DNA of 64,000 bases from an uncultured Actinomycetota bacterium (GTDB taxonomy: Bacteria > Actinomycetota > Actinomycetes > JAFAQI01): the NCBI GenBank assembly GCA_963770565.1, contig CAVYQE010000001.1:512001-576000 (forward strand), written 5' to 3'. Position numbers and translations under genes: made by a program. The notes under the pieces were generated by a model that worked only from the letters and a program-made list of their open reading frames with translations, did not search any database and had not been told where the DNA came from. Shown here piece after piece: positions 1 to 9,670 of the stretch (position 1 is the first letter of the stretch; each line of letters opens with the position of its first letter).

Positions 1-78
1 GACCCCGAGGACTCCGCGCTTGCGCTGCTCAAGGAAGGCCTCGGCGCCCAGGTGATCGGCGAGATCGACCGCAGCTGA
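1..78 (+). CDS. dnaX: C-terminal fragment of DNA polymerase III subunit gamma/tau
   Basis: Frame 1 reads DPEDSALALLKEGLGAQVIGEIDRS*, like actinobacterial DnaX C-termini; canonical position before ybaB-recR. Confidence 0.7.
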   Translation, partial: DPEDSALALLKEGLGAQVIGEIDRS

Positions 79-186
79 CCCACACGCATGGCCCATTGGT
101 GGGGCTACAGCCACACCCGTGGCCCATTGGTGGGGCTATAGCCCCACCCGTGGCCCATTGGTGGGGCGACACCACACGCATGGGCC
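79..186. repeat. REP/BIME-like palindromic repeat cluster (31-bp units), copy A
   Basis: tggcccattggtggggc at 89, 120 and 151 (period 31); core palindrome gtggggctatagccccac; same family at 22733 and 47199. Confidence 0.85.
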
Positions 187-255
187 GTTCGTGTTGCCGG
201 GCCGACACCGGCGTCCGCAGCCGGGAACGTCGGATCCGGGCCGTAGGCTCGGGGC

Positions 256-585
256 ATGCCTCCGCAGCCCAACATGCAGCAGCTGATGAAGCAGGCGCAG
301 CAGATGCAGCAGCAGCTCGCTGCCGCCCAGGACGAGCTCGCGTCGACGACCGTCGACGGCAGCGCCGGCGGCGGGTTGGTGCGCGCGACAATGACCGGCA
401 CCGGCGAGCTGGCGACGCTCGAGATCGATCCGACGGCGGTCGATCCGGACGACCTCGAGACCCTGCAGGACCTGATAGTCGCCGCGGTCCGCGACGCCAA
501 GCGGGCCGCCGACGAGCTCGCGGCCCAGAAGATGGGACCGCTAACCGGCGGCATGGCGGGCAGCCTCGGGCTGTCAGGCTTCTAG
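256..585 (+). CDS. ybaB: YbaB/EbfC nucleoid-associated protein
   Basis: [12 protein letters not shown]...GSAGGGLV...[13 protein letters not shown]; between dnaX and recR. Confidence 0.95.
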   Translation: MPPQPNMQQLMKQAQQMQQQLAAAQDELASTTVDGSAGGGLVRATMTGTGELATLEIDPTAVDPDDLETLQDLIVAAVRDAKRAADELAAQKMGPLTGGMAGSLGLSGF

Positions 586-597
586 GCCGAGCCCGCG

Positions 598-1197
598 TTG
601 TACGAAGGCCCGGTCCAGGACCTCATCGACGAGCTCGGGCGGCTCCCCGGCGTGGGTCCCAAGGGCGCCCAGCGGATCGCGTTCTACCTGCTCGCCGCCG
701 ATCCCGATGACGTCCGGCGCCTGGTTAGCGCTCTGACCGAGGTGAAGGACAAGGTGCGCTTCTGCACGATCTGCGGCAACGTCGCTGAGCAGGAGCAGTG
801 CCGGGTCTGTCGCGACCCGCGGCGCGACCTGTCCGTCATCTGCGTCGTCGAGGAGCCGAAGGACGTCGTCGCGATCGAACGCACTCGCGAGTTCCGCGGC
901 CGCTACCACGTGCTCGGCGGCGCGATCTCCCCGATCGAGGGGGTCGGCCCGGACGACCTGCGGATCCGCGAGCTGATGACCAGGCTGGCCGACGACACGG
1001 TCACCGAGGTGATTATCGCGACCGATCCCAACCTCGAAGGCGAGGCGACCGCGACGTACCTCGCCCGGATGATCAAGCCGATGGGCCTGCGGGTCACCCG
1101 GCTGGCCTCCGGGCTGCCGGTCGGTGGCGACCTCGAGTACGCCGACGAGGTCACGCTGGGGCGCGCCTTCGAGGGCCGTCGCTTGCTCGACGTCTAG
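598..1197 (+). CDS. recR: Recombination mediator RecR
   Basis: [11 protein letters not shown] HhH, C4 zinc finger, Toprim [12 protein letters not shown]; TTG start. Confidence 0.97.
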   Translation: MYEGPVQDLIDELGRLPGVGPKGAQRIAFYLLAADPDDVRRLVSALTEVKDKVRFCTICGNVAEQEQCRVCRDPRRDLSVICVVEEPKDVVAIERTREFRGRYHVLGGAISPIEGVGPDDLRIRELMTRLADDTVTEVIIATDPNLEGEATATYLARMIKPMGLRVTRLASGLPVGGDLEYADEVTLGRAFEGRRLLDV

Positions 1198-1267
1198 CGT
1201 TCACCGAGGTCGCAAACGCCGATAAATGGCAAGGGTGTGCGCAGGAAGCGTCCGTAGACTTGAGGGC

Positions 1268-2531
1268 ATGGCCCTGGTCGTCCAGAAGTACGGCGGGTCG
1301 TCGGTCGGTGACGCCGAGCGGATCAAGAGCGTCGCGCAGCGGATCGTCGACGCGCGCCGGTCGGGCGACGACGTCGTCGTCGTCGTGTCGGCGATGGGCG
1401 ACACCACTGACGAGCTCCGCGACCTCGCGCAGCAGGTGTCGCCGCTTCCGCCGCCGCGCGAGCTCGACATGTTGCTGACCGCGGGCGAGCGGATCTCGAT
1501 GGCGCTGCTGGCCATGGCGATCGCCAACCAGGGCTTCGAGGCACGTTCGTTCACCGGCTCACAGGCCGGCGTGATCACCGACTCGAACCACGGCCGGGCC
1601 CGGATCATCGACATCACCCCCGGCCGGATCGTCGAGGCGATCTCGGCCGGCTACATCGCGATTGTGGCGGGATTCCAAGGTGTCTCGCAGGACACCAAGG
1701 ACATCACCACGCTCGGCCGCGGCGCGTCGGACACCACCGCGGTCGCGCTTGCCGCTGCGCTCGACGCGGACCGCTGCGAGATCTACACCGACGTCGACGG
1801 CGTCTACTCCGCCGACCCGAGGCTGGTGCCCAACGCGCGCAAGCTCGACCGGATCAGCTACGAGGAGATGCTCGAGTTCGCGGCGAGTGGCGCCAAGGTC
1901 CTCATGCTGCGATGTGTGGAGTACGCCCGGCGCTACGGCGTACCGGTCCATGTGCGCTCGTCATTTTCCGACCGCGACGGCACCTGGGTCGTACGAATCC
2001 CCGAGGAGGAACTGGTGGAGCAGGCGATCATCTCCGGTGTCGCCCACGACCTGTCCGAGGCACGCATCACGGTGGTCGGGGTGCCCGACAAGCCGGGCGA
2101 GGCGGCGGGGATCTTCCGCGCGATCGCCGATGCGAACGTCAACATCGACATGATCGTGCAGAACGTCTCCGGCTCGACCGGCCGCACCGACGTGTCGTTC
2201 ACGTTGTCGCGCGCCGATGGTGCGACTGCGATGGAGGCGCTCGAGCGGGTACGCCCGGCGATCGGCTTCGAGTCGCTGTTGTACGACGACCGAATCGGCA
2301 AGGTCTCGTTGATCGGCGCCGGCATGCGGTCGCACCCCGGCGTCTCGGCGACGTTCTTCGAAGCGCTCGCGTCGGCCGGCGTCAACGTGCAGAACATCTC
2401 GACCTCGGAGATCCGGATCTCGGTCGTCTGCGAAGACAGCGAGGTGCAGGCTGCGGTGCGCGCGGTGCACGAGGCGTTCGACCTCGAGGATCCCAACGGC
2501 GCACCCGCGACCGTGCACGCGGGGACCGGTA

Positions 2532-2536
<5 letters not shown>
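1268..2536 (+). CDS. ask: Aspartate kinase
   Basis: [38 protein letters not shown], two ACT domains; TAGACT -10 just before the ATG. Confidence 0.97.
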
Positions 2537-3670
<1,134 letters not shown>

Positions 3671-3711
3671 CCGCCGGTCGCCCCACCTCGCCGCCGACTG
3701 TCGCCGGCGGA

Positions 3712-4650
3712 ATGCCCGCGATCGAGGTCCACGGCTTGGTCAAGTCGTACCCGGGCACCCCTGCCGTTCGCGGCATCGACCTTGCGATCCGCCAGGGCGA
3801 GGTCTTTGCGCTGCTCGGCCCGAACGGCGCCGGCAAGACCACGACGGTTGAGATTCTCGAGGGGTATCGGTCGCGCGACCAGGGCGAGGTGAGCGTTCTA
3901 GGGGTCGACCCGGGGCGCGAGCGGGCCAAGCTCAAGAACCGGATCGGGATCGTGTTGCAGTCGACCGGCGTCGATCGGTATCTCACCGTGCGCGAGACGG
4001 TCGCGATGTACGCGACCCTCTACCCCCACCCGAGACCGGTTGACGAGGTCGTCAGCCTGGTCGGTCTCGACGACAAGAGCGGGGCGCGGGTCCTCAAGCT
4101 CTCCGGCGGCCAGCAGCGGCGGCTGGACGTCGCGATTGCGTTGGTCGGAAACCCGGAGCTGCTCTTCCTCGACGAACCGACGACTGGCTTCGACCCGTCG
4201 GCTCGGCACGAGGCCTGGGTGGTGATCAAGACCCTTGCGACGCTCGGAATGACGGTCTTGCTCACCACGCATTACATGGACGAGGCACAGTTTCTCGCCG
4301 ATCGCGTGGCGGTGATCGTGGCTGGCCGAATCGTCGCCGAAGGCCCACCTGCCACGCTTGGTGATCGCAACCTGGCCAAGTCGCGCATCCGATACCGCGT
4401 CCCCAACGGCATTGACCTTCCCGCCGATCTTGACGTCCCACCGGGGCCGGACGGATACGTCGAGATCACGCCGGACGAGCCGCTCCGGGTGATGCATCGG
4501 CTCACCGGCTGGGCGATCGATCAGGGGATCGGCCTCGATGAGCTGGAGATGACGAGGCCTTCGCTCGAGGACATCTATCTCTCGCTCACCGCCGACCCGT
4601 CGGGTGACGCACGATTCCGACCACCCGAGCCGACCGTGACCGAGCAATGA
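3712..4650 (+). CDS. ABC-2 type exporter ATP-binding protein
   Basis: Walker A GPNGAGKTT, LSGGQ signature, LFLDEPTTG. Confidence 0.92.
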   Translation: MPAIEVHGLVKSYPGTPAVRGIDLAIRQGEVFALLGPNGAGKTTTVEILEGYRSRDQGEVSVLGVDPGRERAKLKNRIGIVLQSTGVDRYLTVRETVAMYATLYPHPRPVDEVVSLVGLDDKSGARVLKLSGGQQRRLDVAIALVGNPELLFLDEPTTGFDPSARHEAWVVIKTLATLGMTVLLTTHYMDEAQFLADRVAVIVAGRIVAEGPPATLGDRNLAKSRIRYRVPNGIDLPADLDVPPGPDGYVEITPDEPLRVMHRLTGWAIDQGIGLDELEMTRPSLEDIYLSLTADPSGDARFRPPEPTVTEQ

Positions 4651-5417
4651 GCGCGGCAAGGCTCACGCTGTCGCAGATGCGATACGTGAACAAGGCCTAT
4701 TGGCGGAATCCTGCCTCGGCGTTCTTCGCCTTTGCGTATCCGCTCATGTTCCTGGTGATCTTCACCTCGATCTTCCGTAACTCGACGGTGCAGTACGGCG
4801 CGAGGACGGTGAACGAAGCGACGTACTACATACCGGCGATGGTGTCGCTGGCGGTGATCACCGTCTGCTTCAACAACATCGCGGTCGCAGTCACCTTCCA
4901 ACGCGACTCCGGGGTGCTCAAGCGCATCAACGGGACCCCGCTGCCGAGCGGCCCGTTCTTCGGCGCGCGAATTTTGCACGCGGTGCTCGTCTCACTTCTG
5001 CTCGTGGTCATCACGGCTGGGTTCGGTCGCCTGTTCTACAGCGCCGACATCCCCACCGGGGCCACCCTCGGGCGCACGCTCGTGATGCTCACCGTCGGTG
5101 CCGCTGCGTTCTGCGCGCTCGGATTCGCGATCTCTTCGATCATCCCGAACTCGGATGCCTCGCTGCCGATCGTCAACGGGGTCATCCTGCCTTTGTTGTT
5201 CCTCTCCGGCGTGTTCATCCCGCTCGGAAGCAACCCGCCCGCCTGGATGAACTGGGTGGGCCGGGCCTTTCCGATCAAGCACTTCCTCAACGGCATGCAG
5301 GCTGCCTTTCTCGGCGGTTCCTTCGACTGGATCGACGTACTGATCGTGGCGGCGTGGGGGGCTGGTGGGCTCGCGTTTGCGATTCGCTTCTTTCGTTGGG
5401 AACCGCGGACGGACTGA
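4647..5417 (+). CDS. ABC-2 type exporter permease
   Basis: About six hydrophobic segments, RDSGVLKRINGTP and FLSGVFIP motifs; ATGA overlap with the ATPase. Confidence 0.9.
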   Translation: MSAARLTLSQMRYVNKAYWRNPASAFFAFAYPLMFLVIFTSIFRNSTVQYGARTVNEATYYIPAMVSLAVITVCFNNIAVAVTFQRDSGVLKRINGTPLPSGPFFGARILHAVLVSLLLVVITAGFGRLFYSADIPTGATLGRTLVMLTVGAAAFCALGFAISSIIPNSDASLPIVNGVILPLLFLSGVFIPLGSNPPAWMNWVGRAFPIKHFLNGMQAAFLGGSFDWIDVLIVAAWGAGGLAFAIRFFRWEPRTD

Positions 5418-5452
5418 CCCAGTCGGTCGTAGCGCCTCCGAGCGGTCACCAC

Positions 5453-6208
5453 CTAGCCGCGAGTGATCCGCAGCTTCGACTGAACGTGTCCGAGTTGCTC
5501 CCAGTCGTCCATGAACTCCGCCTTGAGGCCGTGCCGCTCGGCCGCCGCGACCAGGGTCTCAGTGCGGTAGTACCAGTCCTCACCCAGCCGTGCGTGTTCG
5601 CTGCCGTCGGTGCGGTTGAAGGTGAAGTCGAAGAACGCATCGGGCTTCATCACCCGCGGCAGGTTGCTGAAGCACTCCTCGATCACGGCGAGTGGTGAGT
5701 GCGAGAACACGCTGTGCGCGTGTACGACGTCGAAGTACTCGCCCGGCAGGAAGCTGAACGTCATGTTCTTGACGAGCGTCAAGTGCGGCAGCTTGTCGGC
5801 GAGATCGTGGTCGGCGACGATCGCCTGTGCCGCGAAGAGCACCTCGAGCGAGATGTCGATGCCGTAGTAGTTGCCGGCGTCGAGATAGTCGATGAACCGC
5901 CAGCCGGCTCGCAGGTTGCCACAGCCGATCTCGAGCAGACGATCCTGCGGCGTCAGCCCGTGCTGCTTGAGGTAGTTGAACTGCATCAGACCGATCTCGT
6001 TCCAGCCGCGTCGGCCGGTGTTGCCGACTGCGGTCGCCTCGCCGTGCACGATCGCGTCGTCGACGACGGCGCTGTAGTAGGCGATGTGATCGCGGTGGCG
6101 TAGCCGGAGGACGACGTCGCGTCGCAACCGGCGCAGATAACGGCGCGCGCGCTGCGGATACTGCATGGCGTGTCGAACTGATCCGAGCGCTCCGCGTCGT
6201 TGCGCCAT
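5453..6208 (-). CDS. Class I SAM-dependent methyltransferase
   Basis: LLEIGCGNLRAG motif I, YYGIDIS, FDVVHAHSVFSH; start uncertain. Confidence 0.85.
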   Translation of the reverse strand: MAQRRGALGSVRHAMQYPQRARRYLRRLRRDVVLRLRHRDHIAYYSAVVDDAIVHGEATAVGNTGRRGWNEIGLMQFNYLKQHGLTPQDRLLEIGCGNLRAGWRFIDYLDAGNYYGIDISLEVLFAAQAIVADHDLADKLPHLTLVKNMTFSFLPGEYFDVVHAHSVFSHSPLAVIEECFSNLPRVMKPDAFFDFTFNRTDGSEHARLGEDWYYRTETLVAAAERHGLKAEFMDDWEQLGHVQSKLRITRG

Positions 6209-6344
6209 CGCCGTCCGGTCCGATCTGGCCCGCGAGGATCGCGAGGGAATGGCGGGCCGAGTGTGATGATGACACGACGCGGCCGGTTGCCGGTGTCGCG
6301 ACGAGCACGGCGCCGAGCTGCCCGCCAGAGCTGGGGTGGTTGAC

Positions 6345-6770
6345 ATGCACCTGCCGGACATGTGGATCGCCGGTGCAATGGAGCGGGCCGCCAAGACGGT
6401 GGCTCAAACGCTCGCCACGGGTCTGCTCGCGCTCAACATCGCGACGTTGACCACCTTCACGCCGATCAGGAACGCGCTGGTGGTTGCGGTGAGCGCCGGC
6501 GTCCTGTCGGTCCTCACCTCGCTTGGGTCCATTCGGTTGTCCAAGGGACAGTCCTTCGTCAAGAACACGATGTTGCGGTCCGCGCTGACTTTCGTGCAGA
6601 CCCTGGGTGGGGTGGCCGCCGCCGCCAAGCCGTTCAATGTCATTGACTTCCACTGGCCAATGGCACTTGCGACCGCCGGTGTCGCAGCCCTCGCGTCGGT
6701 GCTGACCTCGCTCGCCTCAGCCAAGCCCGGTCAGCCGGACTCGCCGTCACTGATCGCCGGCGTCGACTGA
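6345..6770 (+). CDS. Holin-like membrane protein with tandem r1t-type holin repeats
   Basis: ERAAKTVAQT...GVLSVLTSLGS followed by RSALTFVQT...AALASVLTSLAS...DSPSL; resembles two fused actinophage r1t-type holins. Confidence 0.6.
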   Translation: MHLPDMWIAGAMERAAKTVAQTLATGLLALNIATLTTFTPIRNALVVAVSAGVLSVLTSLGSIRLSKGQSFVKNTMLRSALTFVQTLGGVAAAAKPFNVIDFHWPMALATAGVAALASVLTSLASAKPGQPDSPSLIAGVD

Positions 6771-6798
6771 TCAAGGGCACTGTCGTCACAGCACAAAG

Positions 6799-6820
6799 CC
6801 CTGGACCCGAAGGCCCAGGG
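6799..6820 (-). terminator. Probable intrinsic terminator of tRNA-Pro, now displaced by the IS
   Basis: Minus strand ccctgggcc-TTCG-ggtccaggg followed by ctttgt; lies just past the duplicated tRNA 3' end. Confidence 0.55.
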
Positions 6821-6843
6821 ACCCGATCTCGGCGGAGATCAGA

Positions 6844-6859
6844 TTGGTCGGGATGACAG
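6844..6859. repeat. 16-bp direct repeat (target-site duplication, tRNA-Pro 3' end), left copy; right copy 8181-8196
   Basis: ttggtcgggatgacag abuts both IS ends exactly. Confidence 0.85.
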
Positions 6860-8180
6860 TGTTCTGGTCCAGGACATCGGAATGGGGTGTCCCGCGACAT
6901 CGGAATAGCGTGTCGCAGGTCTTCGGAATAGGTGGTGGCCCGCAGGCTGCGGGATGTCGAAACGTCGTCTTGTCATCAGCGCTGTTCTGACCGGCCAGTC
7001 GCAGTCCGAGGTTGCCCGTGCCTACGGCGTCTCCCAGGGTTGGGTCAGCCGGCTGATGGCCCGCTACCGGGTGGAGGGTGAGGCGTCGTTCGAGCCGCGG
7101 TCCCGGGCCCCGAAGACCAGCCCCGGGCGCGACCGGGCCGGCGACCGTCGAAGGGGTGCTGCGGCTGCGTAAGCAGCTGGCCGAGGCCGGTCTGGACGCC
7201 GGCGCGGACACGATCGGCTGGCATCTGGCGCACCACCACGGCACCAGGCTGGGACGCACCACGATCAACCGGATCCTGGAACGCGCCGGAGTGGTCATCC
7301 CGGACCCGTCGAAGCGACCGAAAAGCTCCTACCTGCGGTTCGAAGCCGAGCTGCCGAACGAGATGTGGCAGTCCGACTTCACCCACTACCCGCTCGCTGA
7401 CGGCACCGGGACCGAGATCCTGACCTGGCTCGATGACTGCTCCCGCTACGCACTATCGGTCACCGCTCATGTCCGGGTCACCGGCCCGGTCGTGCTCGTC
7501 ACGTTCCGCAAAACGGTTGCGGCTCATGGCGTTCCGGCTTCTACCCTGACCGATAACGGGATGGTGTTCACCACCCGGTTCGCCGGCGGCAAAGGCGGCC
7601 GCAACAGCTTCGAACACGAACTACGCCGGCTGCACGTGACCCAGAAGAACTCCCGACCGAACCACCCCACGACCTGCGGCAAAGTCGAACGGTTCCAGCA
7701 AACGATGAAGAAATGGCTACGGGCCCAACCCGCCCAACCAGCAACGATCGGTGAGCTGCAAACCCTCATCGACGCGTTCGTCGACGAATACAACCACCGG
7801 CGGCCGCACCGGTCGCTACCGCACCGCGCAACCCCGGCCGCGACCTACCAGAACCTGCCCAAAGCCACCCCCAGCACCAGCCGCGACGCTGACCGCCTCG
7901 ACCGGATCCGCCGCGACCGCATCGACGACAGCGGCGTCGTCACGCTGCGCCACGCCGGCCGACTCCACCACATCGGCGTCGGCCGAACCCACGCCCGAAC
8001 CCCCATCATCCTGCTCATCCACGACCTGCAGATCCGCGTCGTCGACGCCACCACCGGCGAGCTCCTGCGAGAACTGGTCCTCAACCCCGACATCGACTAC
8101 CAGCCCCAACAACCCCCAGAAACGACAGAAAACCCCTGAACCCGCAGGTTCAAACGTTTCCTATGTCGCGAGAGATCACA
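6860..8180 (+). mobile_element. IS481-family insertion sequence (1321 bp) inserted at the tRNA-Pro 3' end
   Basis: Ends 5'-TGT...ACA-3', imperfect IRs (14/23 identical, shared gacatNggaa), DDE transposase, flanking 16-bp direct repeat. Confidence 0.9.
6954..8139 (+). CDS. IS481-family transposase (one +1 frameshift near 7125)
   Basis: N-terminal HTH (SEVARAYGVSQGWVSRL, ORF 6954-7172) continues in ORF 7078-8139 with WQSDFT / LTDNG / GKVERFQQTMK DDE motifs. Confidence 0.88.
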
Positions 8181-8181
8181 T

Positions 8182-8258
8182 TGGTCGGGATGACAGGATT
8201 TGAACCTGCGACCCCCTCGTCCCGAACGAGGTGCGCTACCAAGCTGCGCTACATCCCG
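8182..8258 (-). tRNA. tRNA-Pro (anticodon CGG)
   Basis: CGGGATG/CATCCCG acceptor stem, anticodon loop TTCGGGA, GGTTCAAATCC T-arm, encoded CCA; 77 nt. Confidence 0.97.
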
Positions 8259-8286
8259 AAGCGTCAGCGAGTCTAGGGCAGATCGC

Positions 8287-9174
8287 TCACGGGCTCCGCG
8301 GAGTAAGGGTCAGCAGGGTTGCCTCCGGCGGGCAGGCGAAGCGCACCGGAGCGTACGGCGAGGTGCCGAGACCGGCCGACACGTGCAGCCAGCCGCCGTT
8401 CGGCCACTTCGACAGGCCGCGGGCCCGGCTGCGCTCGAGGCCGCAGTTCGTGACGAGCGCACCGACTCCCGGCACTCTCAGCTGGCCGCCGTGGGTGTGC
8501 CCGCTCATGACCAGCGAGAACCCGTCCGAGGTGAACGCGTCGATCACCCGCGGCTCGGGACTGTGCGAGAGCCCGATCGCGACGTCCCCGGTGGCCGCGC
8601 CGGCGATCCGGTCGTAGTGGTCGGCGTGCAGGTGTGCGTCGCTCACCCCGCCGAGCTCGACCTGCACTCCGCGCACCGCGATCGTCGTACGCCGGTGGGT
8701 GAGGTCGAGCCAGCCCGCGTCGGTGAACGACGATCTTAGCGGCCCCCACGGCAGCGGGCGGCCGGCGTCCCGGGGCTTGGACTCCGGGAAGAAGTACATC
8801 GCCGGGTTCTTCGGGATCGGCGCGAACCAGTCGTTGGAACCCGGCACGAAGGCGCCCGGCCGCTCGAGCAGCGGACCGTACGCGTCGAGCACGACCGGGC
8901 CGCCGTCCATCGACGCCAGGTTGTCGCCGGTGTTGACGACCAGGTCGGGCTCGAGCTCGCCGAGCGACCGAACCCAGGCGACCTTCCACGGCTGGCCCGG
9001 GGTCGCGTGCAGGTCGGAGACATGCAGGACGGTGAGGTTCGGCGCGCCGGGCGGAAGGATCGGCACCGAGACCTGTCGAAGCCGGAACGCCTTGCGCTCG
9101 TAGGCCCAGCCGTACGCCGCCGCGCCGAGTCCAGCGGCGGCGAGTCCCAGTGGCAGTGCGACGAAGCGGCGCAT
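8287..9174 (-). CDS. Metallophosphoesterase (Rv3683-like)
   Basis: SDLH, TGDN, GSND, SGHTHGGQ calcineurin-like motifs. Confidence 0.92.
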   Translation of the reverse strand: MRRFVALPLGLAAAGLGAAAYGWAYERKAFRLRQVSVPILPPGAPNLTVLHVSDLHATPGQPWKVAWVRSLGELEPDLVVNTGDNLASMDGGPVVLDAYGPLLERPGAFVPGSNDWFAPIPKNPAMYFFPESKPRDAGRPLPWGPLRSSFTDAGWLDLTHRRTTIAVRGVQVELGGVSDAHLHADHYDRIAGAATGDVAIGLSHSPEPRVIDAFTSDGFSLVMSGHTHGGQLRVPGVGALVTNCGLERSRARGLSKWPNGGWLHVSAGLGTSPYAPVRFACPPEATLLTLTPRSP

Positions 9175-9180
9175 GTGTCA

Positions 9181-9190
9181 AGCCTAGGCT
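9181..9190. promoter_or_regulatory. Palindromic bidirectional -10 element for two divergent leaderless genes
   Basis: AGCCTAGGCT gives TAGGCT on both strands, each exactly 6 nt before an ATG (9174 and 9197). Confidence 0.6.
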
Positions 9191-9196
9191 GAGTGC

Positions 9197-9649
9197 ATGG
9201 CCCTCAAGGAACAACTGCGCACCGACATGGTGGCCGCGCTCAAGAGCAAGGACGAGTTGCGGTTGTCGACGTTGCGGATGGCGCTGAGCGCGATTACCAC
9301 CGAGGAGGTGGCCGGCAAGGCGGCTCGGGAGCTCTCCGACGACGACGTCGTGAAGGTGCTCGCGCGTGAGGCCAAGAAGCGCCGGGAGGCTGCTGAGGCG
9401 TTCGAGTCCGCGGGTCGCGCCGAGCTCGCGGCGAAGGAGCGCGCCGAGGGCACCGTCCTCGACGAATACCTGCCGACCCAGCTCGGCGACGACGAGTTGG
9501 CGGCGATCGTGCGCGCCGCGCTCGCCGAGACCGGCGCGAGCGGACCGCAGGCGATGGGTCAGGTCATGAAAGTGGTGCAGCCGCAGGTCGCCGGCCGGGC
9601 CGAAGGCGGGCGGATCGCAGCGGAGGTACGCCGACAGCTCGCTGAGTGA
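9197..9649 (+). CDS. GatB/YqeY domain protein
   Basis: LKEQLRTDMVAALK...EAKKRREAAEAF...YLPTQL...MGQVMK. Confidence 0.93.
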   Translation: MALKEQLRTDMVAALKSKDELRLSTLRMALSAITTEEVAGKAARELSDDDVVKVLAREAKKRREAAEAFESAGRAELAAKERAEGTVLDEYLPTQLGDDELAAIVRAALAETGASGPQAMGQVMKVVQPQVAGRAEGGRIAAEVRRQLAE

Positions 9650-9670
9650 CGCTGCGCCTGCCGGTGCGGC

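Noticed and set aside
79-186. CRISPR array interpretation of the 31-bp repeats
   Set aside because: Units are contiguous with no unique spacers and there are no cas genes
1199-1225. Sigma28-type promoter (GCCGATAA at 1218) before ask
   Set aside because: No matching -35 at the right spacing; a housekeeping -10 (TAGACT) explains the ask start
3712-6859. Integrase-type genomic island or prophage at tRNA-Pro
   Set aside because: The tRNA duplicate directly abuts the IS ends; these genes lie outside it, and no integrase or phage structural genes are present
7110-7135. Programmed frameshift as in IS3 orfA/orfB
   Set aside because: IS481 transposases are normally single ORFs, the shift is +1, and there is no A-rich slippery site
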